Positions 10,876 to 22,278 are shown, counted from the stretch's first letter. The stretch: DNA of 64,000 nucleotides from an uncultured cyanobacterium (GCA_963719515.1 CAVRCJ010000003.1:576001-640000); one strand, 5' to 3'. A program made the numbers and translations. The notes: generated by a model not told the origin, from the letters alone.

Positions 10876-12951
10876 GTGGCACGTAGCGTTTCCCTAGAAA
10901 AAGTACGCAATATTGGGATTGCTGCACATATCGATGCGGGCAAGACCACAACGACGGAGCGGATTTTGTTCTACTCTGGCGTTGTCCATAAAATTGGAGA
11001 AGTCCACGAAGGTACAGCTGTAACCGACTGGATGGACCAGGAGCGCGAGCGAGGCATCACGATCACCGCAGCCGCCATCAGTACGACTTGGCGTGATCAC
11101 CGCATCAACATCATCGATACTCCGGGGCACGTTGACTTCACGATTGAGGTCGAGCGCTCCATGCGGGTTTTAGACGGCGTTATTGCGGTGTTTTGCTCGG
11201 TGGGCGGCGTACAGCCGCAGTCTGAAACAGTTTGGCGGCAGGCGGACCGGTACACGGTACCCCGCATCGCGTTCATCAATAAAATGGACCGCACGGGGGC
11301 GGACTTCTACAAGGTCCACAAGCAAATTCGCGATCGCCTGCGGGCCAATGCGGTTCCCATTCAGCTTCCCATCGGCGCTGAGGACGAGTTCAACGGGGTC
11401 ATTGACCTTGTGAAGATGCGGGCTCGCCTTTACAACGACGACCTGGGCGTAGACATGGAGGACGTCGAGATTCCGGCGGACATGAAGCCCAAAGCCGAGG
11501 AGTATCGCACCATGCTGCTGGAGGCGATCGCCGATAGCAGTGATGAGCTGATGGAGAAATACCTCGAGGGCGAAGAGCTGAGCGAAGATGAGATTCGCCA
11601 AGCGCTTCGGAGCGGAGTGCTTGCAGGAACCGTTGTGCCGCTGCTGTGCGGTTCAGCCTTTAAGAATAAGGGAGTACAGCTGCTGCTAGATGCGGTAGTC
11701 GACTATCTACCTGCTCCCATTGACGTACCGCCAATCGAGGGGCTTTTGCCCAGCGGCGAGCAGGCCATTCGCCACTCAAGCGATGATGAGCCATTCTCGG
11801 CGTTAGCCTTCAAGATCATGGCTGATCCCTATGGGCGTCTTACCTTCGTACGCGTCTATTCAGGCGTGCTGGCAAAGGGAAGCTACGTTCTCAACTCCAC
11901 GAAAGACGATAAGGAGAGGGTTGCCCGGCTGATCATTCTTAAAGCGGACGATCGTCAAGAAGTCGATGAGCTTCGCGCGGGCGATCTAGGTGCGATTTTG
12001 GGGCTCAAGAATACGTTTACCGGCGATACGTTGTGCGACGTCAGCTCTCCCATTGTCCTAGAATCACTCTACGTGCCGGAGCCGGTAATCTCGGTGGCCG
12101 TCGAGCCTAAAACAAAGCAGGACATGGAAAAACTTTCCAAGGCCCTGCAGTCTCTTTCAGAGGAAGATCCAACGTTCCGCGTCAGCATTGATCCTGAGAC
12201 CAACCAGACCGTGATTGCCGGTATGGGCGAGCTGCACCTGGAAATCTTGGTAGACCGAATGCTGCGAGAGTTTCGGGTCGAGGCCAACATTGGTGTTCCC
12301 CAGGTTGCCTACCGCGAGACTATCCGCAAGCCAGTCAGCACCGAAGGCAAGTTTATTCGCCAGAGCGGCGGCAAAGGTCAGTATGGCCATGTCGTGATTG
12401 ACGTTGAGCCAAGCGAGCCAGGCAGCGGGTTTGAATTCGTCTCCAAGATTGTGGGAGGTTCTATCCCTAGGGAATTCGTCAATCCAGCTGAACAGGGCAT
12501 GAAAGAAGCCTGTGAGTCTGGTATATTGGCTGGATATCCGGTTATTGATCTCAAGGTGACTCTGGTTGATGGGTCGTACCATGATGTAGATTCGTCGGAG
12601 ATGGCCTTCAAGATCGCAGGATCGATGGCAATTAAGGATGCTGTTTTAAAGGCGGCACCCGCATTGCTTGAGCCTATGATGAAGGTAGAAGTCGAGGTCC
12701 CTGAAGAATTTTTGGGCGACGTGATGGGAGATCTAAACTCTCGCCGTGGCCAGATTGAGGGGATGGGATCGGACGATGGACTCGCTAAAGTGACCTCTAA
12801 GGTTCCACTGGCGGAAATGTTTGGCTATGCCACCGATATTCGGTCTAAGACTCAAGGTCGAGGCATTTTCTCCATGGAATTTAGCGAGTATGATGAAGTG
12901 CCTCGCAACGTTGCGGAGACTATCATTGCTAAAAGTAAAGGGAACGCGTAA
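10876..12951 (+). CDS. fusA: Elongation factor G
   Basis: [17 protein letters not shown] and NKMD; 691 aa; GGAGG RBS with GTG start. Confidence 0.99.
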   Translation: MARSVSLEKVRNIGIAAHIDAGKTTTTERILFYSGVVHKIGEVHEGTAVTDWMDQERERGITITAAAISTTWRDHRINIIDTPGHVDFTIEVERSMRVLDGVIAVFCSVGGVQPQSETVWRQADRYTVPRIAFINKMDRTGADFYKVHKQIRDRLRANAVPIQLPIGAEDEFNGVIDLVKMRARLYNDDLGVDMEDVEIPADMKPKAEEYRTMLLEAIADSSDELMEKYLEGEELSEDEIRQALRSGVLAGTVVPLLCGSAFKNKGVQLLLDAVVDYLPAPIDVPPIEGLLPSGEQAIRHSSDDEPFSALAFKIMADPYGRLTFVRVYSGVLAKGSYVLNSTKDDKERVARLIILKADDRQEVDELRAGDLGAILGLKNTFTGDTLCDVSSPIVLESLYVPEPVISVAVEPKTKQDMEKLSKALQSLSEEDPTFRVSIDPETNQTVIAGMGELHLEILVDRMLREFRVEANIGVPQVAYRETIRKPVSTEGKFIRQSGGKGQYGHVVIDVEPSEPGSGFEFVSKIVGGSIPREFVNPAEQGMKEACESGILAGYPVIDLKVTLVDGSYHDVDSSEMAFKIAGSMAIKDAVLKAAPALLEPMMKVEVEVPEEFLGDVMGDLNSRRGQIEGMGSDDGLAKVTSKVPLAEMFGYATDIRSKTQGRGIFSMEFSEYDEVPRNVAETIIAKSKGNA

Positions 12952-12982
12952 TTCAGAGGATTCGGAAAAGGATACATAACTC

Positions 12983-14197
12983 ATGGCACGAGCAAAGTTC
13001 GAACGAAACAAACCCCACGTCAATATTGGCACCATCGGCCACGTTGACCACGGCAAAACAACGCTGACGGCAGCCATCACCATGGCGCTAGCAGCTAAGG
13101 GCGGTGCAGAAGCTCGTAAATACGAGGATATCGACGCGGCTCCCGAAGAAAAGGCTCGTGGTATCACCATCAATACTGCCCACGTTGAGTATGAGACCGA
13201 AACTCGGCACTATGCCCATGTGGACTGTCCCGGCCACGCTGACTATGTGAAGAACATGATTACGGGTGCGGCTCAGATGGATGGCGCTATCCTCGTTGTG
13301 TCGGCTGCTGATGGTCCCATGCCTCAGACTCGCGAGCACATTTTGCTAGCGCGCCAGGTCAACGTTCCTAACCTGGTGGTGTTCATGAATAAGCAGGACC
13401 AGGTCGATGACGAAGAGCTGCTTGAGCTAGTTGAGCTAGAAGTGCGCGAGCTGCTAAGCGACTACGACTTTCCCGGCGACGATATCCCCATTACCGTTGG
13501 CTCTGCTCTAAAAGCAGTTGAGGCGCTAACGGGTGGCGGTTCAGACGAGTGGGTAGAGAAAATCTACGCGCTGATGGATACCGTAGACGAGTACATTCCG
13601 ACGCCCGAGCGAGACATCGATAAGCCTTTCCTGATGGCGGTTGAGGACGTCTTCTCCATCACAGGTCGGGGTACGGTGGCCACTGGCCGGATTGAGCGTG
13701 GCAAGGTCAAAGTCGGCGAAGAGGTCGAGGTTGTGGGCATTCGCGACACCCGCAAGACCACCGTCACCGGAATTGAGATGTTCCGTAAGAGCCTAGATGA
13801 GGGCATGGCCGGAGACAACGCCGGTATCCTGCTGCGGGGCTTTAAAAAGGAAGATATTGACCGAGGAATGGTCATTTCCAAGCCTGGCTCTATCACGCCC
13901 CACACTCAGTTTGAGTCTGAGGTCTACGTGCTCAAGAAGGAAGAGGGTGGCCGTCACACGCCTTTCTTCGGCGGCTATCGCCCCCAGTTCTACATTCGGA
14001 CAACCGATGTAACCGGCGAAATCAAGGAGTACACCGCTGACGACGGCAGCACCGTGGAAATGGTAATGCCCGGCGATCGCATCAAGATGACCGTTGAGCT
14101 GATTAGCCCGATTGCAATTGAGCAGGGCATGCGCTTCGCGATTCGTGAGGGCGGCCGCACCATTGGAGCAGGCGTGGTCTCTAAGATCCTTAAGTAG
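12983..14197 (+). CDS. tuf: Elongation factor Tu
   Basis: [22 protein letters not shown] and FAIREGGRT. Confidence 0.99.
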   Translation: MARAKFERNKPHVNIGTIGHVDHGKTTLTAAITMALAAKGGAEARKYEDIDAAPEEKARGITINTAHVEYETETRHYAHVDCPGHADYVKNMITGAAQMDGAILVVSAADGPMPQTREHILLARQVNVPNLVVFMNKQDQVDDEELLELVELEVRELLSDYDFPGDDIPITVGSALKAVEALTGGGSDEWVEKIYALMDTVDEYIPTPERDIDKPFLMAVEDVFSITGRGTVATGRIERGKVKVGEEVEVVGIRDTRKTTVTGIEMFRKSLDEGMAGDNAGILLRGFKKEDIDRGMVISKPGSITPHTQFESEVYVLKKEEGGRHTPFFGGYRPQFYIRTTDVTGEIKEYTADDGSTVEMVMPGDRIKMTVELISPIAIEQGMRFAIREGGRTIGAGVVSKILK

Positions 14198-14217
14198 CCC
14201 TTTTGTATAGGTTCTAG

Positions 14218-14260
14218 AAATATCAGCAGTTTGACGTCTCGTCGGCTGCTGATATTTTTT
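14218..14260 (+). terminator. Terminator/attenuator hairpin between tuf and rpsJ
   Basis: AAATATCAGCAG...CTGCTGATATTT stem followed by a T run. Confidence 0.7.
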
Positions 14261-14291
14261 CTCGATATATCCCCAGAACGTTTGATAAACC

Positions 14292-14609
14292 ATGGCAACT
14301 ATTCAACAGCAAAAGATTCGCATTCGCCTCAAGGCGTTTGACCGCAGCCTGCTCGATACCAGCTGCGAGAAGATCGTAGACACCGCCAACCGCACGAACG
14401 CCACTGCAATTGGTCCTATCCCGTTGCCCACTAAGCGCCGTATCTACTGCGTCCTGCGCTCTCCCCACGTCAACAAGGACTCGCGGGAGCACTTTGAAAC
14501 CCGGACCCACCGCCGTATCATCGATATCTACCAGCCGTCCTCCAAAACTATCGACGCATTGATGAAGCTCGACTTGCCTTCTGGCGTTGATATCGAAGTC
14601 AAGCTCTAG
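14292..14609 (+). CDS. rpsJ: 30S ribosomal protein S10
   Basis: [17 protein letters not shown] and [14 protein letters not shown]. Confidence 0.99.
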   Translation: MATIQQQKIRIRLKAFDRSLLDTSCEKIVDTANRTNATAIGPIPLPTKRRIYCVLRSPHVNKDSREHFETRTHRRIIDIYQPSSKTIDALMKLDLPSGVDIEVKL

Positions 14610-14633
14610 CAGCCGGGCAGATTAGGGCTGAGG

Positions 14634-15311
14634 ATGATGACGCGGTTAACCGACAATACCCTTGACCCCCAAGCCTTAGACGCAATCATTTTTGACCTGG
14701 GCGGCGTTATCCTCAACATCGCCTATCAAAATACGCTGGATGCGTTTGGCCAGCTGGCGGGCCGAGACATAACTCACCTCTATACCCAGCATCAGCAAAC
14801 TGAGCTGTTCGACGCTTACGAAACCGGCAAGCTGACCTCGAATCAGTTTCGTCAGGGGCTGCGATCGCTCTTGAACCTTGAGACTCAAGGGGTCGAAGAC
14901 CAGGCTATGGACGCTGCCTGGAACGCGATGCTTCTCGACCTTCCCCCGAACCGGCTGCAGGTGCTCAACCAGCTTGCTCGGAGGTTTCGGCTATTCTTAC
15001 TTTCTAACACTAACGAAATTCACAAAGCTGCCTTTGAGCGGCATCTCAGCGAGACTGTAGGAGAGCCCTCCGCCTTGGCCAGTCGTTTTGAAGCGGTTTA
15101 CTACTCCCATCTGCTGGGCGATCGCAAACCAAACCCCAGCGTATTTGAGCGCGTGGTTACTGAGCAGGGATTGACGCCGTCGCGTACGCTGTTTGTGGAC
15201 GACACCATTGGGCACCTAGGCGGCGCTAGCGCTATTGGCCTTAGAACGGTTCATCTGGCAGATGGATTAACGTTTGAGCAATTGTCCGGCAGGCTGTTAG
15301 CGTCGGCGTAA
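14634..15311 (+). CDS. HAD-family phosphatase (YihX-like)
   Basis: IFDLGGV, LLSNTN, RKP and FVDD motifs. Confidence 0.88.
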   Translation: MMTRLTDNTLDPQALDAIIFDLGGVILNIAYQNTLDAFGQLAGRDITHLYTQHQQTELFDAYETGKLTSNQFRQGLRSLLNLETQGVEDQAMDAAWNAMLLDLPPNRLQVLNQLARRFRLFLLSNTNEIHKAAFERHLSETVGEPSALASRFEAVYYSHLLGDRKPNPSVFERVVTEQGLTPSRTLFVDDTIGHLGGASAIGLRTVHLADGLTFEQLSGRLLASA

Positions 15312-15402
15312 GGGCATAGACTCTATATTGCATAAACCGAGTCGATGAGGCGACGGTAGTCTTCGGGCGGAACGCCTTGGGAAGAATGGGCAGGGTACTC
15401 AA

Positions 15403-16599
15403 ATGGCTTCAACTTCGAGTGGGTATGACTGGATTGTGGTTGGCGGCGGTCTAGCAGGATCGAGCGTGGCCTATGAGCTTGCCCATCAGGGGCTGTCCGT
15501 GCTGCTGCTGGACGCTCAGTCTCCTCTGAGGGCCACCCGCTACAGCTACGGCGGCATTCCCTACTGGTCAGGGACGACGCCGCTTATGCAGCAGCTTTGC
15601 CAAGAGGGAATTGAGCGTCATCGGGCTTTGCCCGATGAGCTTGAGGCAGACACACAGCTCAGGGAACTTGACCTACTGCTGACGGTCGCTGAGGGGCAAG
15701 ATCCTCAGCAAGCGCTGCAGACCTACGCAAGCTGTCAAATTCCTCCCACCTTACTGAGTACTTCAGAAGCTCGTCAGCGCGAACCCCAGCTCAGCCCGGC
15801 GATCGCGGGGGCCTTGACCGTTCGTCACGGGCATGTCGACCCCATCCGGCTGGTTGGTGCCTACCAGCAGGCCTTTACTCGGTTGGGGGGAACGGCCCAC
15901 TTCGCTGAGGCTATTCAGGTCGAACAGAAAAACGGCTACGCGGAGGTGCTCACCCCGGCACAGACATTCTCCAGCGCCGCCGTCCTCGTCTGTGCGGGCG
16001 GGCTGAGCCGGAACCTGCTGGCAAAATCGGGGTATTCCGTACGGCAGTACTTCACTCACGCAGAGCTTCTTGAGACCACTGCGCTGCCGCCGTCTCTACG
16101 CACTTTAGTGATGCCCGCCCACACGCAGCGGTTCGACCTGGAGGCGGAGGCCGCTCAGCCCCAGTACGAGCCTCTCTGGCAGCAGGCAAAGCCTGTTACT
16201 GACCCTATTTTGGATCCAGGAGCGATTCAGTTCTTAGACGGGCGCATTTGTATGGGGCAGATCAGCCGTACTCTAGGGGATCCGTTTGCAGCGGCGAATC
16301 TGACCGAGAGCGAAGTCAGCATACGGCAGGCGATGAGCCAGGTTTTGCCGGACCTAGCCGACCTGCCAGGTCGCTGTTACCACTGTCTCGTCGCCTTTAG
16401 CGGCGATCGCCTTCCCCTGATTGGTCTTATTCCTGACGCTGACAACCTGCATCTTTTTTCAGGGTTCGGAAGCCCCTTTGCCATCTTGCCGCCTTTGGCT
16501 CAGCGGTTTGCCGCCCACATTGCCGTCGCCCCAGATGATATTATTACCGCTTTATCACCTAGACGGCCGGGTCTGCTGCTCGATCACAGCGGCCGGTAG
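15403..16599 (+). CDS. FAD-dependent oxidoreductase (DAO family)
   Basis: VVGGGLAG dinucleotide-binding motif; DRLPLIG. Confidence 0.85.
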   Translation: MASTSSGYDWIVVGGGLAGSSVAYELAHQGLSVLLLDAQSPLRATRYSYGGIPYWSGTTPLMQQLCQEGIERHRALPDELEADTQLRELDLLLTVAEGQDPQQALQTYASCQIPPTLLSTSEARQREPQLSPAIAGALTVRHGHVDPIRLVGAYQQAFTRLGGTAHFAEAIQVEQKNGYAEVLTPAQTFSSAAVLVCAGGLSRNLLAKSGYSVRQYFTHAELLETTALPPSLRTLVMPAHTQRFDLEAEAAQPQYEPLWQQAKPVTDPILDPGAIQFLDGRICMGQISRTLGDPFAAANLTESEVSIRQAMSQVLPDLADLPGRCYHCLVAFSGDRLPLIGLIPDADNLHLFSGFGSPFAILPPLAQRFAAHIAVAPDDIITALSPRRPGLLLDHSGR

Positions 16600-17115
16600 T
16601 GACGCCTTATGCCGGCGCTGAACTAAAAGGCGCTGCAGTTGCCAGGCTGCCGCCGCCCCCAAAGCGATGCAGAGGCCAATCCCGCAAATATATTGAAACC
16701 CCGCTAAGCCAAAGGACAGACTTAGCATCAGCATCAGCCCTGCTGCACCCCTGGCGGTCGCCAACATTTCCTGAACGGTGTCTGTGTCCCCTTCCGCTTG
16801 GGCCGCAGACTGCTTTTTGAGCGCTGCTTTCCGCTCAATTTCTGCTTCCCACAGGGCAATATCGCCAACGGCGCGCTTACGCTGTCGATATATTTCAGGG
16901 TCAAGTTCGTAATAGGTGCCGAGGGTTTCATCCCGGAGACTGGCTACGGAGTAGAGGCCCAGGGTTTTAGCGTAGGCGATCGCCCGCCGAACATCTTTTT
17001 TGGTCGCCAGGGAGTGGAACACCTCGAAGATAGACTCGCGGTAGATCCCCGTTTCCGACATCTCCAAAATGCGCTGTGTCAGATCAGTAAGCGATAGGTG
17101 ATGGCGTTGCCCCAT
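16555..17115 (-). CDS. Hypothetical membrane protein
   Basis: 186-aa ORF with C-terminal hydrophobic helices. Confidence 0.6.
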   Translation of the reverse strand: MGQRHHLSLTDLTQRILEMSETGIYRESIFEVFHSLATKKDVRRAIAYAKTLGLYSVASLRDETLGTYYELDPEIYRQRKRAVGDIALWEAEIERKAALKKQSAAQAEGDTDTVQEMLATARGAAGLMLMLSLSFGLAGFQYICGIGLCIALGAAAAWQLQRLLVQRRHKASLPAAVIEQQTRPSR

Positions 17116-17177
17116 AGAAGGCCATAAAGTTGACGTCGTGACCCTGGCGTGAGAAGTAGTTCAATTGTACCGAAAAT

Positions 17178-18191
17178 CTAGGCGGACTGCTGCGGCCCAT
17201 TGACAATTTGCCGCACCCGATAGATTGGGCGGCCCTGAGATTCGTGATAAGTCCGCATCATCATTTCAGCAAGGAGTCCAAAGCTCAAAAGCTGCAGTCC
17301 TGCTAGGATGAGCACCACCGCCAAAATCAGCAGCGGCCGGTTGCCAATATCCTGACCGAACCCAAACTTGATCACCGTTAGGTAAAGGCTGATCAAAATG
17401 CCAATTCCAGCAGAGCTTAGCCCAAAGGCCCCGAAGACGTGCATAGGCCGAGTCAAGAACGTCTTCATGAACGAAATCGTAAATAGGTCTAGCATGACGC
17501 GAATCGTCCGACCTAAACCGTACTTACTTTGGCCAAACTGGCGGGCGTGATGGCCTACAGGAATTTCGGCAATGCGAGCCCCTTCAATAAAGGCCAAGGC
17601 CGGCAAGAACCGGTGCAGCTCGCCGTAGAGATTCATGTCGGCTACAAGTTCGGCGCGGTAGGCCTTCAGGGAGCACCCGTAGTCATGGAGCTGCACGCCG
17701 GTCACCCGGCTAATGAGCCAGTTGGCAATTTTTGAGGGCAGCAGCCGAGTAAGGGCGTCATCTTGTCGGTGGCGTCGCCAGCCGCTCACCAAGTCGTATC
17801 CCTCATCGAGTTTGGCAACAATGCGGGGGATGTCGGCGGGGTCGTTTTGCAGGTCGCCATCTAAGGTGACGATGGCCTGCCCCCGGGCGTGCTTAAACCC
17901 AGCCGCCATCGCCGCCGTTTGGCCGTAGTTTCGGCGCAGAATAATGCCCCGTAGATGGGGCCGCTCCTGGGCCAGTTTCTGAAGCAGGTCGGTAGAACCG
18001 TCGGTAGAGCCGTCGTCAACGCAGATCAGCTCGTAGGCCGGCCCCAAACTCGAAACGGTGTTTGTGATGGCGTCGACTAGGGGAACGAGGCTTTCAACTT
18101 CGTTGTAGATGGGCACAACGATTGAGATTGCGACGTCGGCGATCGCGTCGTCTTCTAGCTGATGCAACGGCGTCCTTAACCCTGTACCCAT
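17178..18191 (-). CDS. Glycosyltransferase family 2 (ArnC/GtrB-like)
   Basis: SIVVPIYNE, VDDGSTD, RNYGQTAA, DGDLQNDP and two C-terminal TM helices. Confidence 0.92.
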   Translation of the reverse strand: MGTGLRTPLHQLEDDAIADVAISIVVPIYNEVESLVPLVDAITNTVSSLGPAYELICVDDGSTDGSTDLLQKLAQERPHLRGIILRRNYGQTAAMAAGFKHARGQAIVTLDGDLQNDPADIPRIVAKLDEGYDLVSGWRRHRQDDALTRLLPSKIANWLISRVTGVQLHDYGCSLKAYRAELVADMNLYGELHRFLPALAFIEGARIAEIPVGHHARQFGQSKYGLGRTIRVMLDLFTISFMKTFLTRPMHVFGAFGLSSAGIGILISLYLTVIKFGFGQDIGNRPLLILAVVLILAGLQLLSFGLLAEMMMRTYHESQGRPIYRVRQIVNGPQQSA

Positions 18192-18316
18192 AGCCTTTGG
18201 AGAAACCTAAAGAAATAGTCTACGTTCAAGTAGCATAGACTAAATTCTGACTCCGTCAACCAAAGTGAAACCAGGCCTAGACTAGCCGATATATTCGAGG
18301 TGGAGAACTATCTAGG

Positions 18317-18724
18317 CTAGCGGGTCTCGCGCCGGTAGCGGTCCGCTGCTGACTGCTTGATGGGAAAGCCGACCGGCTTGACAATCTGGGTGCGGCGCTT
18401 TCGCTCTAGCTGCTTGAGCTCGGTGTAATCAATCCAGTGAATACAGTCAACGGGGCAAGTGTCGATCGCCTCTTGGATCAGCTCCTCGGAGTCACCGTCT
18501 TGTCGAACTACTCGCGATCGCCCGTAGTCGGGTTCGATGTAGAACGTGTTGCGCGCGACATGGGCACAGTGCTTACAGCCGATGCAGGTGGGCTCATCAA
18601 CGTAAACGCCGGATTGGCGATCGCTCCCCCCTAGCTCGGGCTCTAAGCCGGTCTGCTCTAACTTGTTGCGTAGCACCCCCCCTAGCTCTGGTTCTAGCCC
18701 AGACCCACCATGAGTCATACCCAT
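18317..18724 (-). CDS. Ferredoxin (CxxCxxC...CP type)
   Basis: VYVDEPTCIGCKHC and AIDTCPVDCI; duplicated GLEPELGG; follows the Ycf35-like gene. Confidence 0.85.
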   Translation of the reverse strand: MGMTHGGSGLEPELGGVLRNKLEQTGLEPELGGSDRQSGVYVDEPTCIGCKHCAHVARNTFYIEPDYGRSRVVRQDGDSEELIQEAIDTCPVDCIHWIDYTELKQLERKRRTQIVKPVGFPIKQSAADRYRRETR

Positions 18725-18749
18725 CTCCAAAAATTTGTCTTGAGGGCTG

Positions 18750-19136
18750 CTATGCGCTCCAGCGCTGCAGCACGAGGCGAACCGAGCCATCTTGCTGCGT
18801 CTGTTGCTCAGTCACCTGAAATCCTTTCTGCGCCGTTTCAGCAACGATCGTGCGGTAAGCATAGCGCTGCGTCACCTGATTTAGAAAGCCCTGCACCGAT
18901 AAGGGCTGCTGCCAGTACTGCAAATCTGCCACCAGTTCGTACTCCTGGCCATTCCAGCAAAACCCCAGGTCGTAGCCGTTGTTCTGGGCGATCGCGATGT
19001 CCGCAGCCTGAGTCTGACCTCGGTAGCCCTGAATGTCAACGGGGCCTTCCTGCCAATCAATACCGCTGTCGGTGAGAGCAGCCTTCAAAAACGATAGGTT
19101 GCGAATCTGGGTTTTAATTTGGCTGAAGTGTGACAT
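18750..19136 (-). CDS. ycf35: DUF1257/Ycf35-family protein
   Basis: MSHFSQIKT, YELVADLQYW and VTQRYAY. Confidence 0.85.
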   Translation of the reverse strand: MSHFSQIKTQIRNLSFLKAALTDSGIDWQEGPVDIQGYRGQTQAADIAIAQNNGYDLGFCWNGQEYELVADLQYWQQPLSVQGFLNQVTQRYAYRTIVAETAQKGFQVTEQQTQQDGSVRLVLQRWSA

Positions 19137-19219
19137 GTAACTCAGTTTGGATAAACGATAGCAGGGTTAAATTCAGAAGGTTGGGAAAACTTTTCGAGGG
19201 CAAGCCCAAAACGAAGGGG

Positions 19220-19423
19220 CTACCAGGCGCTGGCGGCTTGAGTCACGGTTGAGTCTTGGTAGGTCATGGCATTGAAGTAGTCAGAGGTCTGCTCTTGGCG
19301 AAGAACAGTCCCGAGCTGCGACTCGAGCGCTTCGGTGACCGCCGTGCAGGATTGCCCCTTGACGCCGCTAACTTTTTCCTCTACACGACCATCGGGATAA
19401 ATGATGAACTCGAGAGTTTCCAT
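19220..19423 (-). CDS. DUF2997 protein
   Basis: METLEFIIYPDGRVEEKVSG..C; adjacent to DUF1257. Confidence 0.82.
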   Translation of the reverse strand: METLEFIIYPDGRVEEKVSGVKGQSCTAVTEALESQLGTVLRQEQTSDYFNAMTYQDSTVTQAASAW

Positions 19424-19728
19424 ACCACGCTTACTCGCTAATGACGGCGAACCAAATTCCATAAACCTGAGTCGAGCGCTCCAGACCCCATCGCTGAGCG
19501 ATAAAGCCGATACAAATGTTCATTTACCTTAGTATCGAGCGGAGTTCACACTCACGGTTTAATTCAGTTTCTCGTAACTTGTTGTCATAGTCAACCCTAA
19601 TGCCGCTGTCAAGTGGGGTAGTCCGCCCTTTGGCATATGGGCTTGAAGCCAGAACCCTGATGCGATCGCAGTCGGTTACCCCGTCCGCACGAGGTTAACT
19701 TTTTTGAAGCGATCGTCGAATTGCTCGG

Positions 19729-20448
19729 CTACGTGCCTAGGTCCAGCGAAGAGTCAGACCCTGGCGCACTGCTCTCGCCGCTAGCAGAAGGCCCAGCATC
19801 AGGTGGCCCAGCATCAGGTGGCTCAGCATCAAGTGGCCTAGAACCCGTTGACCCAGAGTCGACTGGCTCAGAACCAATCGCCTCAGAAGACTCCTCAACC
19901 TGGTGAGACGCTGGATCTGCAAGCTCTGCCGACAGGTCAACAAACGGGAGCGCTGCCCCGCTAAGGCCTTGAGAAATATACTCAGAGGTGTCTTCCGTCA
20001 GCACAAACAAAGGATAGGCCTGCTCGGTCCCTTCACTGAAGATGTGCTGGTAGCGCGCCGGCATGACCCAGTCGTAGCCCTGGTTGGTCCAAATCTGGGT
20101 TTGTCGCCAGCGCCTCAGCAGCGCTGCAAAGTCTTCTTGAGGCCTATGGATAAAGATAAAAATCTCTGCCCCCGTTTTGATCTGCCACTCGGGGTCACAC
20201 ATCACGACGCCAATGTCACAGGGCAGGTGAACCAAATCTCCCGCCGAAAATCGCCCTGAGCTCTGGGAGGATACCAGGACAGTTTCTCTGAGGCGAACTA
20301 GCGGTAGGGGAATTGAAATGACGCTTTTGTCGGGGCGACGCAAACTGGGAAGTAGTTCCAAGTAAGGGCGGAACTCTTGCAGCAGGGCAATCAATCTTTT
20401 GCGATCGCTATAGCCCGCCAGCAGGCGGTCGTATGGGGCAGTTACCAT
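19729..20448 (-). CDS. Conserved cyanobacterial hypothetical protein with low-complexity tail
   Basis: CDPEWQIKTG..FIFIHRP segment; divergent from sigC; DAGPP-type repeats at the C-terminus. Confidence 0.65.
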   Translation of the reverse strand: MVTAPYDRLLAGYSDRKRLIALLQEFRPYLELLPSLRRPDKSVISIPLPLVRLRETVLVSSQSSGRFSAGDLVHLPCDIGVVMCDPEWQIKTGAEIFIFIHRPQEDFAALLRRWRQTQIWTNQGYDWVMPARYQHIFSEGTEQAYPLFVLTEDTSEYISQGLSGAALPFVDLSAELADPASHQVEESSEAIGSEPVDSGSTGSRPLDAEPPDAGPPDAGPSASGESSAPGSDSSLDLGT

Positions 20449-20782
20449 ATCGTTTGTGCCGATATCCACGCTAAATTTACTGAATAACCGACTATCAGAA
20501 TGGCAAACCGTCAGGAACTCGCCACACAAGGTCTGTAGATAGAACTATACGGTCTGAACGATCTGAGCTTGAGTCTTTTGAGCTAGCACGCCTTAACTGA
20601 TTCGCCGAGGGGTCGTTGTTGGGGGAGGAAATGCGCTTAGCGCAGGAGTCAACGTAAGTTCTGCATAACGCTGTCGAGGTCAGAGTTATGCCCTTTATAT
20701 AGAGGCCTTAATCTTTGGCACGACTTCATAAAATGTCCTTAAGAAGTAAATTACACTTCTGAAGAGTCCCCACAGAGTCTTG

Positions 20783-20850
20783 CCCAATCAGTGACCGACT
20801 ATTGCCCTAGTTTGGAACTAGATGGGGCGTTAGTCGGTCACTGATTTGGG
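20783..20850. promoter_or_regulatory. Long hairpin upstream of sigC
   Basis: Perfect 16-bp arms AATCAGTGACCGACTA (20786-20801) and TAGTCGGTCACTGATT (20831-20846). Confidence 0.7.
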
Positions 20851-20927
20851 AAACATAAGGCCTGTAAAGAACACCCTTAGACCTGAAAGGATTGCCCCCA
20901 CTATCTGGAGCAACTGAGACGATCACT

Positions 20928-22241
20928 ATGTCATCACAGTCTAAACCGTCTAATTATCACCAGTCAAAACCCAACGCTGCCCTTTTAGACACCGTTGATA
21001 GCGATGTTAGCCGCGCTGATATTCGCTTCGACGACAACGGCAGTTCACCAACTCGCGGAGACGCTACTCAAGAAAAGCCATCGGACCAGCCCGAAGAAGA
21101 CTTAGGTAGTCTCGAAGTAGACTACGACGACTCCGTCGATTTTGGTAAGTCGCCCAGTCGTCGAACGACTGACCTTGTGAGGATCTACCTTCAGGAGATT
21201 GGACGAGTTCGTCTGCTAGGTCGAGACGAAGAGGTTGCAGAAGCGCAAAAGGTTCAGCGCTACATGCAGCTTTTAGACCTATGCCGAGAGGCGGCTAAGA
21301 CCGATGACGCCATTCAGCGCTACGTCGACTTTGTTGAAGTTCACGATCGGCTCCACTCCAGCCTCGGGCACCGTCCCTCTTGGCAGCGCTGGGCATCTAC
21401 AGCAGGCGTTTCGGTAGAGGAACTCAAGGCTGTTCTCTCCACCGGCAAGCAGCTCTGGGCCAGTGTCGCAGAGATTTCTACTGTCGAACTTGGTGAAGCC
21501 CAAACCCAAGGACTCGCCGCAAAGGATCACATGATCAAGGCGAATCTCCGCCTCGTGGTTTCGGTGGCGAAGAAGTATCAAAACCGCGGCCTAGAGCTGC
21601 TCGACCTCATTCAAGAAGGCACGCTGGGGCTAGAGCGAGCCGTCGACAAATTCGACCCCACAAAGGGTTACCGGTTTAGCACCTACGCCTACTGGTGGAT
21701 TCGCCAGGGAATCACGCGGGCGATCGCTACCCAGAGCCGCACCATCCGCCTGCCGGTTCATATCACCGAAAAGCTCAACAAGATCAAGAAGGCCCAGCGT
21801 AAGCTAGCCCAGAAGGAAGGCCGCACCCCAACCATTGAAGATATCGCCAACGAGCTGGAGATGACGCCACCCCAGGTGCGCGAAGTTCTGCTGCGGGTGC
21901 CGCGCTCGGTTTCTTTGGAAACCAAGGTGGGTAAAGAGCGAGACACGGAGCTGGGCGATCTGCTGGAAACCGACACCGTCTCCCCAGAGGAGACCCTGAT
22001 GCGGGAATCGCTGCACCGCGACCTCCAGCAGCTGCTCACGGACCTCACCTCACGGGAGCGGGACGTGATTCGGATGCGGTTCGGCCTCGACGACGGCAAT
22101 CCCTACTCCCTGGCAGAAATCGGCCGGGCGCTGGATCTCTCGCGGGAGCGGGTGCGCCAGATAGAGGCTAAGGCGCTGCAAAAGCTGCGACAGCCCAAGC
22201 GCCGCAACCGCGTGCGGGACTACCTAGAGGCCCTGACCTAA
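20928..22241 (+). CDS. sigC: Group 2 RNA polymerase sigma factor SigC
   Basis: DLVRIYLQEIGRVRLLGRDEEV, ANLRLVVSVAKKY, FSTYAYWWIRQ and SRERVRQIE. Confidence 0.88.
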   Translation: MSSQSKPSNYHQSKPNAALLDTVDSDVSRADIRFDDNGSSPTRGDATQEKPSDQPEEDLGSLEVDYDDSVDFGKSPSRRTTDLVRIYLQEIGRVRLLGRDEEVAEAQKVQRYMQLLDLCREAAKTDDAIQRYVDFVEVHDRLHSSLGHRPSWQRWASTAGVSVEELKAVLSTGKQLWASVAEISTVELGEAQTQGLAAKDHMIKANLRLVVSVAKKYQNRGLELLDLIQEGTLGLERAVDKFDPTKGYRFSTYAYWWIRQGITRAIATQSRTIRLPVHITEKLNKIKKAQRKLAQKEGRTPTIEDIANELEMTPPQVREVLLRVPRSVSLETKVGKERDTELGDLLETDTVSPEETLMRESLHRDLQQLLTDLTSRERDVIRMRFGLDDGNPYSLAEIGRALDLSRERVRQIEAKALQKLRQPKRRNRVRDYLEALT

Positions 22242-22278
22242 CGGCAGTGGGGATAAGTGCAAACGTGATTTGACTAAC

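Noticed and set aside
13500..13570. Length variant in the EF-Tu loop ([11 protein letters not shown])
   Set aside because: This loop varies among cyanobacterial EF-Tu proteins, so it is not informative.
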